Source: Neoechinorhynchus agilis (taxonomy: Eukaryota > Animalia > Acanthocephala). From it: a DNA stretch of 64,000 bases. Position numbers and translations under genes: made by a program. Numbering within the stretch: the first letter of the stretch is position 1; every line of letters starts with the position of its first letter. Under the pieces are notes generated by a model that was not told the DNA's origin, searched no databases, and saw only the letters and a program-made list of their open reading frames with translations. The stretch spans positions 8,571,480 to 8,635,479 of the forward strand of contig CM121342.1 in assembly GCA_051530055.1 (NCBI GenBank), given 5' to 3'. Below are positions 37,001 to 49,681 of the stretch, in pieces.

Positions 37001-39365
37001 AGATGTAATTTGGAAGATTGGTGCAGGAAATCGGGTTGCAGGAGATTGAGGGGATCATTTCGCAGCATTTAGAGAAATTCAGGTGGAGTTTGTAATCAGT
37101 GCATAAATCTTTGATGTGGATGATTTCGTTAGATGTTAACTGGAAGGAAGAGGTGATGATTCAGTGATCAGATCGTCGGTATATAAGAAAAATTTAGGGA
37201 CGAGAGAGACTTGTTATAGCTTAGTTTTGGCATATTTGATAAATTCGACTTTCTGTATGAGCTTAAGTTTATGAAAAGAATTGGGATTACGAGTGTTGCG
37301 ATGTTGTGAAAAGGGGAATATGAAACATTTCAAGGCGACGGATTTGAGATTTGGAAAGGTTGCAAAAGACAAGATAACCGTAGATTAGGGAAGGTAAAAT
37401 AAAGCTGTAATAAAATTTGGAAGTAAATTTGAAAGTATTTCGTTTAAAAGGAAAATGTATTGTGCGAGTTCCATTTCAGATTTGATTGAAATTAAAGACC
37501 AAGAATTCTGAGGAGAAGGCGACTCTTTGGATTACATTTGGAAGATTGGTGCAGGAAATGGGGTTGCAGGAGATTGAGGGGATCATTTCGCAGCATATAG
37601 AGAAATTCAGGTGGAGTTTGTAATCGGTGCATAAATCTTTGATGTGGATGATTTCGTTAGATGTTTACTGGAAGGAAGAGGTGATGATTCAGTGATCAGA
37701 TCGTCGGTATATAAGAAAAATTTAGGGACGAGAGAGACTTGTTATAGCTTAGTTTTGGCATATTTGATAAATTCGACTTTCTGTATGAGCTTACGTTTAT
37801 GAAAAGAATTGGGATTACGAGTGTTGCGATGTTGTGAAAAGGGGAATATGAAACATTTCAAGGCGACGGATTTGAGATTTGGAAAGGTTGCAAAAGACAA
37901 GATAACCGTAGATGAGGGAAGGTAAAATAAAGCTGTAATAAAATTTGGAAGTAAATTTGAAAGTATTTCGTTTAAAAGGAAAATGTATTGTGCGACTTCC
38001 ATTTCAGATTTGATTGAAATTAAAGACCAAGAATTCTGAGGAGAAGGCGACTCTTTGGATTACATTTGGAAGATTAGTGCAGGAAATGGGGTCGCAGGAG
38101 ATTGAGGGGATCATTTCGCAGCATCTAGAGAAATTCAGGTGGAGTTTGTAATCAGTGCATAAATCTTTGATGTGGATGATTTCGTTAGATGTTTACTGGA
38201 AGGAAGAGGTGATGATTCAGTGATCAGATCGTCGGTATATAAGAAAAATTTAGGGACGAGAGAGACTTGTTATAGCTTAGTTTTGGTATATTTGATAAAT
38301 TCGACTTTCTGTATGAGCTTAAGTTTATGAAACGAATTGGGATTACGAGTGTTGCGATGTTGTGAAAAGGGGAATATGAAACATTTCAAGGCGACGGATT
38401 TGAGATTTGGAAAGGTTGCAAAAGACAAGATAACCGTAGATGAGGGAAGGTAAAATAAAGCTGTAATAAAATTTGGAAGTAAATTTGAAAGTATTTCGTT
38501 TAAAAGGAAAATGTATTGTGCGAGTTCCATTTCAGATTTGATTGAAATTAAAGACCAAGAATTCTGAGGAGAAGGCGACTCTTTGGATTACATTTGGAAG
38601 ATTAGTGCAGGAAATGGGGTCGCAGGAGATTGAGGGGATCATTTCGCAGCATCTAGAGAAATTCAGGTGGAGTTTGTAATCGGTGCATAAATCTTTGATG
38701 TGGATGTTTCGTTAGATGTTAACTGGAAGGAAGAGGTGATGATTCAGTGATCAGATCGTCGATATATAAGAAAAATTTGGAGACGAGAGAGGCTTGTTAT
38801 AGCTTAGTTTTGGCATATTTGATAAATTCGACTTTCTGTATGAGCTTACGTTTATGAAAAGAATTGGGATTACGAGTGTTGCGATGTTGTGAAAAGGGGA
38901 ATATGAAACATTTCAAGGCGACGGATTTGAGATTTGGAAAGGTTGCAAAAGACAAGATAACCGTAGATGAGGGAAGGTAAAATAAAGCTGTAATAGAATT
39001 TGGAAGTAAATTTGAAAGTATTTCGTTTAAAAGGAAAATGTATTGTGCGAGTTCCATTTCAGATTTGATTGAAATTAAAGACGAAGAATTCTGAGGAGAA
39101 GGCGACTCTTTGGATTACATTTGGAAGATTGGTGCAGGAAATGGGGTTGCAGGAGATTGAGGGGATCATTTCGCAGCATTTAGAGAAATTCAGGTGGAGT
39201 TTGTAATCGGTGCATAAATCTTTGATGTGGATGTTTTCGTTAGAGGTTAACTGGAAGGAAGAGGTGATGATTCAGTGATCAGATCGTGGGTATATAAGAA
39301 AAATTTAGGGACGAGAGAGACTTGTTATAGCTTAGTTTTTGCATATTTGATAAATTCGACTTTCT
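36990..39365. repeat. Tandem array, about 528-bp unit, about 4.5 copies (same family as 20860-22910)
   Basis: Pseudo-ORFs at 37742, 38270, 38797 (528/527 bp spacing). Confidence 0.9.
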
Positions 39366-40229
39366 GTATGCGCTCAAGCATTTTTGGTAAATATTTCGCA
39401 GCATTGTAATGGCGAATTTTATTACGATGTAAATGATTCTTCCAGTACTAAAACGCATTTCCATCCTCAAGACACTAAACAGTTTGTATACTCATGAAAT
39501 TCTTGATTGATGGTTATATTTTCTCATTCTTATTTTTTTTGTACGTCAATGATTTTGTTTAAGCATTCTATTTTTTTCAAATATTCAATTCGAATTAAGC
39601 ATAATCTTAAATTCAACTTGTGATCTGTTCATTTCAGGAGCGTTCATTCTAATTCTTATTTTTAGAAGAATTTGCTAAAAATCACAGTCTTCAATCTTAT
39701 CTCGAAAATGTATTTAATACCCGGATGCTTTTAAATAAAGTACATGAAATTTAATCCGTTCTTATGGCCGATGTTGAAAGTTAACTTTTGAAATGATATC
39801 TCGTGCTATAAAGTTGGTTTGAAAGTGAAAGTTCCGAAAAGCGTATTATAGAAATTTCTGAGCCTTTTTAAAGATGAACGGAAAGATCCAAGATGTAATG
39901 ACATTTATATTTTGCTTTTTTGTATTTAATGACAAATATTTTATTTCATTTAAGATTTAAAAAATTCGCTCAAACGTATTTAAGGTCCTTTTATTTCGTT
40001 TTGAGTTTCATGACTTTAAAAAAGGATTTTTTTAAATTAGCGCCTCAATCTTCTCTGGTGCTTGTAACCGAATTTTTGATCATAAGATCACGATGATTAA
40101 AATCACAAATTTCCGAGAGAGAATATTCTGTATTTTTTTAAATTTGCATTCGAGTAGCAATTTGGACAGAAGAACTCTTTAGGCATAACTCAAAGTCTTA
40201 AATTTTCACTTATATCTCCTAAAAAGAAG

Positions 40230-41170
40230 ATGTCAACTCCTATTGATTCCGAATCGACTACTAAGAGCATGGAAGATCGGATTTCCGAATTCACTAAATA
40301 CATTGGCTCTTACCGTGATTGGTACTTTAATCACGCTCAATCTCGTCGCGACTTGGACATGTACCTGCTTGGACGAACGGTTGAACGTCAGGAACAACAA
40401 CGCCGTCATCACGTTCAACGACTCGTAATCCCGAGTGTGTATCGTCGAATCGTCTCTGAACTTATAGACGTGATGGTCGTTGTATCTACGTTCATTTTTA
40501 TAATGACGATAATCGGAGATCTAAATCTCGAAAACGCCACAGCTCAACTTCAAGCAAGAATGATCTACATTATTACTGCTTTCTCTACCCCCACCCCACC
40601 ACCAAAATCTTGAGAAATCCGTAAAAATATCTGTTCGGAATTCCTTTAGCAAATGGTAATTATGCCGCCGAAACCAATGAGCCGGTCATTAGCATATACA
40701 AATTCATACTCTACGAAGTGTTTCTCTGTTTTCTTTTTTGTACTCATGAATGTATTGCATTGTCGACTTTTGGATGTACTATAGGAAAGTACTTGACCAA
40801 CTTGCGAGTTATTCAATGCGACGAATGTGAATTGGCACCACTCTTGGATACCACCCGGGATCCCAATGCTCGAACTTTCTTTGAGAATTTCTATCAAGAT
40901 TTCCGAATATAACTCGTATTTGGAAATCATGATGTAATAGGAGGAGGCATGTCCGCCGGCCGAAGAATTATATCCATGGTGCCACCGGTGCCTCTACTCG
41001 TCGGTCCGCATCGAACATTTCTCAGAGGCCTCAGTAAACAGTTGCTAGGGATGCTCACTATACCCATGGTCGTGGCCGGGATCCAACATATCCATCATAG
41101 ACCTCCTTATGACCTTTTACTCGGGACACTTGTTGTCCAAATATTACAAGTGCCTGTCGATGAGTTATAA
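40230..41170 (+). CDS. FAM8A1: FAM8A1-like RDD-domain membrane protein
   Basis: IPSVYRRIVSELID, GCTIGKYLTNLRVIQCD, RPPYDLLLGTLVV match RDD/FAM8A1 motifs. Stops at 40611 (TGA) and 40910 (TAA) each lie inside a hairpin-bounded segment. Confidence 0.7.
40569..40663 (+). other. Candidate non-canonical insert (95 bp), TAC/TAT direct repeat, short inverted repeat
   Basis: ATC TAC|ATTATTACTGCT ... AGCAAATGGTAATTAT|GCC GCC restores the frame and removes TGA 40611. Confidence 0.45.
40893..40933 (+). other. Minimal hairpin insert (33-36 bp removed) with the TAA stop in its loop
   Basis: ATCAAGATTTCCGAATA taactcg TATTTGGAAATCATGAT; the flanking ORFs are in the same frame. Confidence 0.55.
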
Positions 41171-41256
41171 TCGCTTTTTTCTCAATACAAAACTTTAAAG
41201 TGTGAACATTGACATTCATCCATCTCCAAACTAAATACATTCTCAATGTAAATGAA

Positions 41257-43240
41257 GTTATACACGACTGAATTTGGACAGACAGCCCATTAATATGGGT
41301 CAGGGAAATCCCGATTAGGCGGGACTCATCAGTGTGAGTTTCCTCTTCCCTTCAGCAGTATTTTGCCCCCTTTGAAGTAAAGGATTTTGAACGCTTTTGA
41401 CTTTGAAGCAGAGATTCCAGGCAAAAGTTTGCTAGAACATTGCGGCACAACTACGGAATGGCTAAACTCTGGGACGATGGCTTTACGTGGTCCTTCGCCG
41501 CGGTAGCAAACAACCCCCGAGTGTCTCGAGTCTTCCCAATATGATTTCCGTTAGCGGGACTCATCAGTGTGAGTTTCCTCCTCCCTTCAAAGGTATTTTG
41601 CCCCTTTTAAGTAAGGTATTTTGAACGCTTTTGACTTTGAAGCAGAGATTCCAGGCTAAAGTTCGCTAGAACATTGCGGCACAACTACGGAATGTCCAAA
41701 TTCTGGGACGATGGCTTTACGTGGTCCTTCGCCGCGGTAGCAAACAACCCCCGAGTGTCTCGAGTCTTCCCAATTTCATTTCCGTTAGCAGGACTCATCG
41801 GTGTGAGTTTCCTCTTCCCTTCAGCAGTATTTTGCCCCTTTGAAGTAAGGATTTTGAACGCTTTTGACTTTGAAGCAGAGATTCCAGGCTAAAGTTCGCT
41901 AGAACATTGCGGCACAACTACGGAATGTCCAAACTCTGGGACGATGGCTTTACGTGGTCCTTCGCCGCGGTAGCAAACAACCCCCGAGTGTCTCGAGTCT
42001 TCCCAATTATTTCCGTTAGCGACTCATCAGGGAGTTTTCTCCCTCCACAGTATTTTGCAGAGATTCCAGGCTAAAGTTCGCTAGAACATTGCGGCACAAC
42101 TACGGAATGCCAAACTCTGGGACGATGGCTTTACGTGGTCCTTCGCCGCGGTAGCAAACAACCCCCGAGTGTCTCGAGTCTTCCCAATTTCATTTCCGTT
42201 AGCGGGAATCACCAATGTGAGTTTCCTCTTCCCTTCAGCAGTATTTTGCCCCCTTTGAAGTAAAGGATTTTGAACGCTTTTGACTTTGAAGCAGAGATTC
42301 CAGGCTAAAGTTCGCTAGAACATTGCGGCACAACTACGGAATGTCCAAACTCTGGGACGATGGCTTTACGTGGTCCTTCGCCGCGGTAGCAAACAACCCC
42401 CGAGTGTCTCGAGTCTTCCCAATTTCATTTCCGTTAGCGGGAATCACCAATGTGAGTTTCCTCTTCCCTTCAGCAGTATTTTGCCCCCTTTGAAGTAAAG
42501 GATTTTGAACGCTTAAGACTTTGAAGCAGAGATTCCAGGCTAAAGTTCGCTAGAACATTGCGGCACAACTACGGAATGTCCAAACTCTGGGACGATGGCT
42601 TTACATGATCCTTGGCCGCGGTAGCAAACAACCCCCGAGTGTCTCGAGTCTTCCCAATTTCATTTCCGTTAGCGGTACTCGTCAGCGCGAGTTTCCTCCT
42701 CCCTTCAGCGGTATTTTGTCCCCTTTTGAAGTAAGGAATTTTGAATCCTTTTGACCTTGAAGCAGAGATTCCAGGCTAAAGTTCGCTAGAACATTGCGGC
42801 ACAACTACGGAATGTCCAAATTCTGGGACGATGGCTTTACGTAGTCCTTCGCCGCGGTAGCAAACAACCCCCGAGTGTCTCGAGTCTTCCCAATTTCATT
42901 TCCGTTAGCGGAAATCACGAATGTGAGTTTCCTCTTCCCTTCAGCAGTATTTTGCCCCCTTTGAAGTAAAGGATTTTGAACGCTTTTGACTTTGAAGCAG
43001 AGATTCCAGGCTAAAGTTCGCTAGAACATTGCGGCACAACTACGGAATGTCCAAATTCTGGGACGATGGATTTACGTAGTCCTTCGCCGCGGTAGCAAAC
43101 AACCCCCGAGTGTCTCGAGTCTTCCCAATTTCATTTCCGTTAGCGGGAATCACCAATGTGAGTTTCCTCCTCCCTTCAAAGGTATTTTGTTCCCCTTTGG
43201 TTCCGTGCCCAAGTCCACTAGAACACAGTGGCACAACTGC
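41257..43240. repeat. Tandem array, about 235-bp unit, about 8 copies, inside a MITE-like shell
   Basis: tggct/tggat motif at 41478, 41712, 41945, 42126, 42361, 42596, 42832, 43067. The left end matches the 7367 element; about two more units lie at 61010-61520. Confidence 0.88.
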
Positions 43241-43825
43241 AGAATCTTGATGTATAAATGTATTTTTTGCCGTCGAATCGCTTTTTCATACCTTTGAAAT
43301 ATAAAATGTCTCGCTATGACCACTGCAAAGAAATGTCACATCCTAAAAAACTTCTTTGCCTATAAAACGGATTTGCATGCAAGAATTGACTTTACGAAAC
43401 TTAAGCTCTTAAACATACAACCACGAGCATCGTAAGCATCCCTCCGGATAATCAGATACCTCCTCCCGGGGGGTGGTCAGCGGTATTTCGTCCCCTTTAA
43501 TTATGACCCGTCGGCAATAATGGATTGCAAAAGGCTGAACACTTTAATGTTAATCAAGTGATATTTTTGAAGAAACTCACTTTTGCAAACGGGACATAAA
43601 AACTTTGTAAACAATTAAAATAGTCAGTTCAAAAAAAGAAGGTTAGACTTAATACGATCATTTCCAAAAAGGTATGAAATTTGTAGTCTCAAAAACTAAT
43701 CTCCTAAATTTTTAAAGAATGAGAAAAACAAACGTTTTTGATTATTCCGATGTGTTTATCGTAAACGGCCTGTTTACCAAAACTCGTCCTTATTCGGAGA
43801 AGTACTCTCTCTTCCGCAACGCTCC

Positions 43826-44177
43826 ATGGATTCTATGCCTATCGTTTTCATTGCAACTTCCATAATCCAAGAAATCGTGAATAAACTTCGATGGACGATT
43901 GGTACACTTGTTGGAGACATCGTTCATCCAGTACTCACCGTCAAAGCTCACTCAGTAAGGCTGATTTCCACTGAGTCTTTTTTAGTAGCTGTCAGGGTGA
44001 GTTTTATGTACACAATCCATTTGTCTAATCGTCATTTAGGTGGAATTTGAAAATTATCGATATGTAGATGTCTTACTTGAACTTGTTGACCTTTCGGGTG
44101 GAGCTATAATTGGACAATTCAAAAGTATTCTAAATCGCGATGCAGATCCTCATGAACCACTCGCCAATCTTTGGTGA
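43826..44177 (+). CDS. Small uncharacterised spliced ORF (about 100 aa)
   Basis: AGG|gtgagt...catttag|GTG joins the 74-aa ORF to a second open exon ending TGA 44175-44177. Confidence 0.35.
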
Positions 44178-44655
44178 GAAAAGGTGACAATATAGAGCCA
44201 AAATAAAATTATTGTTCCAATAAATATACGAATTTATAATGGATTTTCGGCTATTATGTTTCTCGAGCCTTACGGTATTGGGATAATAAAAAAGTTTTTA
44301 TACTAAATGCATTCAAAAACTAATAAAGGCTTCCTCGATTCAAAACTTCGACAATTTTTTTGTAATTTTAAAAAAATCACTTTTATTAACAATTTTTTAA
44401 AATTTCGAATTCACGATTTCTTATTTGTATTCGTAAACTCATAACAAAATACGGTGTCAAATGGCAAAAAACCGGATCATCGAACGGGTTTAAAAAGAAT
44501 TGGTCTAATATATTCAATTTCTATCGATTTTTTGTTTTTTTTTCTATACACAAGAAATATCTATTTTAGGAAAGTTGAGAAAACATTTCTTTTCATAGGA
44601 ATATGCCGACCCAGACGCATTACTTTATACCCTTTTTTCCACTCGACTAAACATC

Positions 44656-47600
44656 CTATCGTCTTTTTTTAGGCTTAGCACCGAATCCACCGGTACCACT
44701 GGTCCCCCTTCTTTTCTGAGGTGTTCTCAAAGCTTTGCCTTGCTTTCGATTGCCGAATCGCGAAACCCCAATGTCTTGTAGTTTGGCCATATCATCCCTT
44801 CGAGCCTCTTCTTCCAACTCACTCCAATCTTTACCCGATTGATCCTCGTCATCTTCGTCATCAACCGCTGAACCGTCACTCGAATATTCTGCCTCTTCTT
44901 CATCTTCGCTATACGCTTCGTACTCAACCTCTTCGTCGTCGTCATCGTCGTCGCTATCGTCCATTTCACTGGGTTCATAAGCGCCATCGCTATCATCTAG
45001 ACCAGAACCTCGTTTTTCGTCTTCATCCGATGAATCACTGCACAGAAAATCCCACCCTCCAGAATCAAAAAATCCATCATAATCATCCATTATGGCCCTC
45101 AATACTTTCGGCCAATTCATATTTTGAACACCTTCAGTAAAAGCAATATCACAATTAGTGAGCCAATCCTTAATGTTGTCCAGTTGTTTCGTGTTGATTG
45201 AACATACCGTGATCACCTTTCGCGAGTAATCTTTCGGGATAAAAACCATATCGAAGTTCCGAAGAGCACGATCGACTCTCTCAAAATGAACAAGTTCAAT
45301 CTCGTCGAGGGAAACCACGAACGGAGGCCATTCTGTTATATTTACAAGACATGAGTGCGTGGGTGTTAAGAGACACATCGCTCGCGATGGAGTCCCGTAG
45401 AATCCGATTTCTCTTATTGTCGTCTCAAACTTAATAGAATTCTTGGATATTTCCTCAAGACGGCGTACAAACTCGCTAAACTTCATCTTGTACTTCTGTT
45501 TCATCTCACGTTCAGCCTGTTCAACTTCCCATTCCTCAGCATCACCACGTCCGCGGTTCTTAATAAGGTCCGTTGCGATCTCTCCAACAGGTTTATAGAA
45601 CTGAATATCCGATTGTTTCTTTTTACCAATCATTATTGGATTTATAAGATGAAAATGAAGCCCAATGATCATTTCGTTGTCGCAAGTTTGATAAAACGCG
45701 TGTTTTACATTAGAGAACAGAATGTCCGTTACTTCGTTTTTCGATGTGAAATAACGAATGCCATTGTCGTAGCCTTCAAGTACACCATTTATCCGCTTTT
45801 GGGTCGTGCTGGGACGCATAAGAAGATCTCGAAGTAAAGGGCGCGGATTATTGTATCGATTATCCGTGTTCAAAACTCCCTGCCTCACCACACCCTCCAT
45901 CTCCTTCTTCTGAGCTTCTTTTTCTCGAAACCGCTTCTGGTGATCCTTAATAGCATGGTAGACCGTGTTCAACTTCGATACATTTCTTGATATTTCCGGT
46001 CCTTTCCAATCGTTCAATGCACGATAAGTTAATTCTTTTATGTAAACACAATCGGGTTGGTCGTCGTCGGCGTCCAAAACCGGTAATACTATAGTGTTTG
46101 TAAAGTTCACTCGCAAATAACAGAATTGACCTTCCACCGTCTCGGATACGTTCTTTATTGTAGATATGTGAAAAGGGTAAGCATAGTCGAATATTGGAAG
46201 TATAACTGCATTGTGCACACGATCAACGTAAGTTAGAGAGTTTCAATCGATTTTGTATAATGTAAAAAAAGATTAAAAAATCTCTCGTCGTATCGTGAGA
46301 AAACAAAAATTCTTTTTATTTGAAAATCAAAAATCAATAAAAAGTGTAAATTCTCTTTTTTTAAAAAACACGAGGAAGTCATTCTCACCTTTTAAGAACA
46401 TTGAAACTTTCTAGCGTAAATTTGATGCTTCTGAACTTCCGATTGAGCGAATGGAAACTCACGCTGTAACGTATAAGACACGAATTCGCGACTCTTAGTC
46501 TCTGGAATCGTCTCGCCGACATTAGCCGTCAACCGGTGTCTAGCCTTTTCATTCACTAGCTTTCGCAACTCCTTCTGTCTATTCAATCGTCGTGGAGGAT
46601 CCATAATCGAATTCTTGGAAACATTATTACGACTTCGCCCTCGGGCAGCACGAGCGGCTATCCTGGCGCCAATACCATTTCCCGTCACTGGCTCATCATC
46701 GTCACCGCCACCACCACCACCACCACCATCACTGCCCTCCATATCCACATCGTCATTGTCGTCAACTTCAGGAGATTCCTTGCGCTTCTTTTCTAATCGA
46801 GATTCTTTGGTCTTAGTGGAATGATCTTGACGTACTCCATTCTCATCTTGAAACACAATCCTCCATGATCTAATCGAACGCTTGCATTTGGGGGTCAAAA
46901 CGACGGAATCAACTTCTCGCACAAGAACCGAATCACCGATACATACAGAAAAAGGTTTTTCCGAATTCGAAATAAGGACGTTTGCGAAACCAACACATAA
47001 CTGGAAAACCATTCCTTTCTTGGCCATTGCTTTACAATTGACTGAAATGTTCATTCCGTGCTCTTTAAATTCAATTCCGCTTAAAAATCCCAGCGATGAA
47101 GGTAAAAACTTTTCAAGATCTCCACGATCAAGACTCTCCTTTAGGTAAGATACGACCAGCGTGTAAACCTCCGACAATAAAATCATGAATGCCATTTGAT
47201 AAGTTTTTGAAAAAAAGAGACAAGGAAATAGTTATATTCACGAAAAGTTTAAAATTCAAGCGACATTCATGAAAGTACAGCTCCATTTTTTAATTTTGCT
47301 AAAAGGAAGTCGTAGATTTCAAGCATAGCTTCGGCAACTTTAGTCATGGTATCACTTGGACAGACATAAAACGTTCTTGTAATAGACGAGCAGTATCCTC
47401 GATACCTCAAACCGAACATGCATACAATCGTATTGAGCTTTATGAACTCTTCGTTGCTTTGGAAGCTGAATTTTAGCGAGCATTTTTCACCACTTTGTAC
47501 AATTGGTTCAAAAGCAACATCAATGTGTTTAAGATCTTCTTTACTGACATAGGTCGTATTCGAAATTAGATTATACATCTTAGAAGCCAGCTTAGAATGC

Positions 47601-48288
47601 TTCACCTTTCGTTCTTGGGAAAAAATGTCGCACATTTCCTTCTTTAGATACCGATTAAATATATCAACGAGGTAATCACATGCTTTCTGAATGTAAGCCA
47701 ACTCGTGAACGTCTCGACAGGCCATGAGTTCACAAAATTGATAAGAGACGTCCTCCCTATTGAATACTTCGAGGTGCTTTGTCCATTCTTTGACGAAATA
47801 TCCACGAGATTTATCTTTGATGAACACACCGACGGTTTTTCCCAATCTACTGCTCTTTATAAACTCAATGGCCCGTTTAAACACTTTTGAACAATCGTTG
47901 CGTTCACCACTAATTTGAAGGAATTCGAATTTAAGACGATGAACATTGAACTCCCGTGTACATGATTGAATCATATCCTTTATCTTTTGAATAGTAGTAC
48001 CGGCGGAAACAAATAAGACGGTGTCATGGAGGAAAAGGATAATCGTATTATGAAGTTCCATTCCAAATAGCCATATCTGCACGCTAAAGGATTTACAATA
48101 AAAGTTCGTGTCGTTATCATTGTCGCCAGCGGCTACACAAATCGCATCAATGTTATTTAGATTCGCCTAATAATATTGATATATACATATGAAACACACA
48201 AACGAACTCAAATGGAATCACTCACCTCGAATTTGTCGTAAATCTTGGCAAGTCGTTCGAAAAAGATCTTTGGCTCAAGAAAGGCCAT
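44656..48288 (-). CDS. SUPT16H: FACT complex subunit SPT16
   Basis: QIWLFGMELHNT, GLRYRGYCSSITRT, VILPIF...FHISTIKN, NIMIGKKKQSDIQFY, VHFERV, MNWPKVLRAIMDD, GKDWSELEEEARRDD. One canonical intron plus two non-canonical inserts. Confidence 0.95.
46228..46415 (-). other. Non-GT/AG insert (188 bp), TTACG direct repeat, 14-bp inverted repeat (13/14)
   Basis: ATT TAC|GCTAGAAAGTTTCAAT ... ATTGAAACTCTCTAACTTAC|GTT GAT restores KHQIY-VDRVHNAVILP. Confidence 0.82.
47178..47275 (-). other. Non-canonical insert (98 bp), TA(C/T) direct repeat, 11-bp inverted repeat
   Basis: GCT GTA|CTTTCATGAATGTC ... GGCATTCATGATTTTA|TTG TCG GAG restores NGAV-LSEVY. Confidence 0.7.
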
Positions 48289-49681
48289 TCTGAAATGCAT
48301 CATATTTAAACCGGTTTTTTGTTTCAATTTCAAACGCCACTTCTTTTAATTTCTAATTATACACGCGGAAAAAAAGAACTTTACAAACACGAGAAAATAG
48401 ACACTTTTGGACATGTTGTGATCATAATTTAAGAAATGTTATTTAAAATTTAGATATTACACCACATTTAAAACTCTATCATCATACTCAAAAAAATCTT
48501 TTTTGTTGACGATTACATTCGGTCGAGTGGTTAGAGATATGTTGTTGTTATTTTGGTCGCTTATGAACACCCGAGAAGATCGCATTAAAGAAACAAATGA
48601 ATATTTTTCGATACTGATTTTAAAAATTATTGTGGCAAATTCCTATGAACTTTTTTTAGATTATCTCCAATTTTCTCTTTATGGTATAGTTTCTAACACA
48701 TATTTAAATCCAACACAGCAATCGTCTTATTCTAAAGTATACAAAAAAATGGATATTAAAAAGATTGCAAATAAAGCATGAATCAAAATAGAGCAAAGCA
48801 TATTTTTCAATCATTAATATCGATAATTAGATGAAACAACTAAATCGAAATGAATTCCAGTGCTGGGAAATTAAAAGTGCCTTCATTTTAAACATAAATA
48901 CATATCGGCATTTCATTTAAAAGTAGAATTGTAATCCTAAAACGTCACATGAACAATCAAATTTTTAATGTAGCGAATGCAAACGATATTGATTTTTCCA
49001 CATATTAACGGAGTATCGTAGTATTCGAGAACACTATCAATGGAGTGCTCGATAATTGAAATCAGTAAATTTGACCTTTTCTATAAAAAAAGATAAAGAA
49101 AATGACAAAATTTATCGACATCTAAAAAAGAGAGGTATAAATGAGTTTTTAGAATCAAAATGTAAATCAAAACTCAATGTTTGTTCATGGCCACTTGACC
49201 AGAATTGCTTCAATTTTTCACCCATAAACAAACAAGAATAATTCATTTTTAAACTAATAATCAATGTAAATTTTAGAAAGAGATCTTATGTGGATTTAAA
49301 TGTGTTTCAAAAAAATCAATACCGATCAACCGATAGCATGAAATTTCTAATTCTTCAACGAGGGATTAAAGCTCACAACGTCCTAAGAAAAATTTTTTTG
49401 TCAGAACAACCGACATATCATGCCATAAAACCATTGGCGAAAAAGAAAATGCCAAGAAAGAACAAAACGAAGGTCACCAATAACGCTTAACCCGAAAAAT
49501 CTTTAAAAATCGTCGTTTTTATCAGGTTGGCTCGAGTTTGAAATGACTGTGCAATTTTTCTTCCCAATTGTTCAAAGAAGCAACATTCATGTGATTGCAA
49601 ACAAGACGCATCCCACCTTCATAAATTTAGTATTGATGTAAAAATAACCAAGAATACGCGACCGCTCCAGGAACCATCGAC

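Noticed and set aside
20981-39057. Five repeated 86-aa ORFs (MELAQYIFLL...) as a gene family
   Set aside because: They are by-products of the 528-bp satellite derived from RT sequence, start at non-ATG codons and show no splice or expression cues.
40611-40613. Selenocysteine at the FAM8A1 TGA
   Set aside because: No conserved Cys at this position that I know of, no SECIS recognised, and a second stop (TAA) occurs in the same gene.
41257-43240. CRISPR-like array reading of the 235-bp, 87-bp or 528-bp repeats
   Set aside because: Units are contiguous near-identical copies without unique spacers, there are no cas genes, and the context is eukaryotic.
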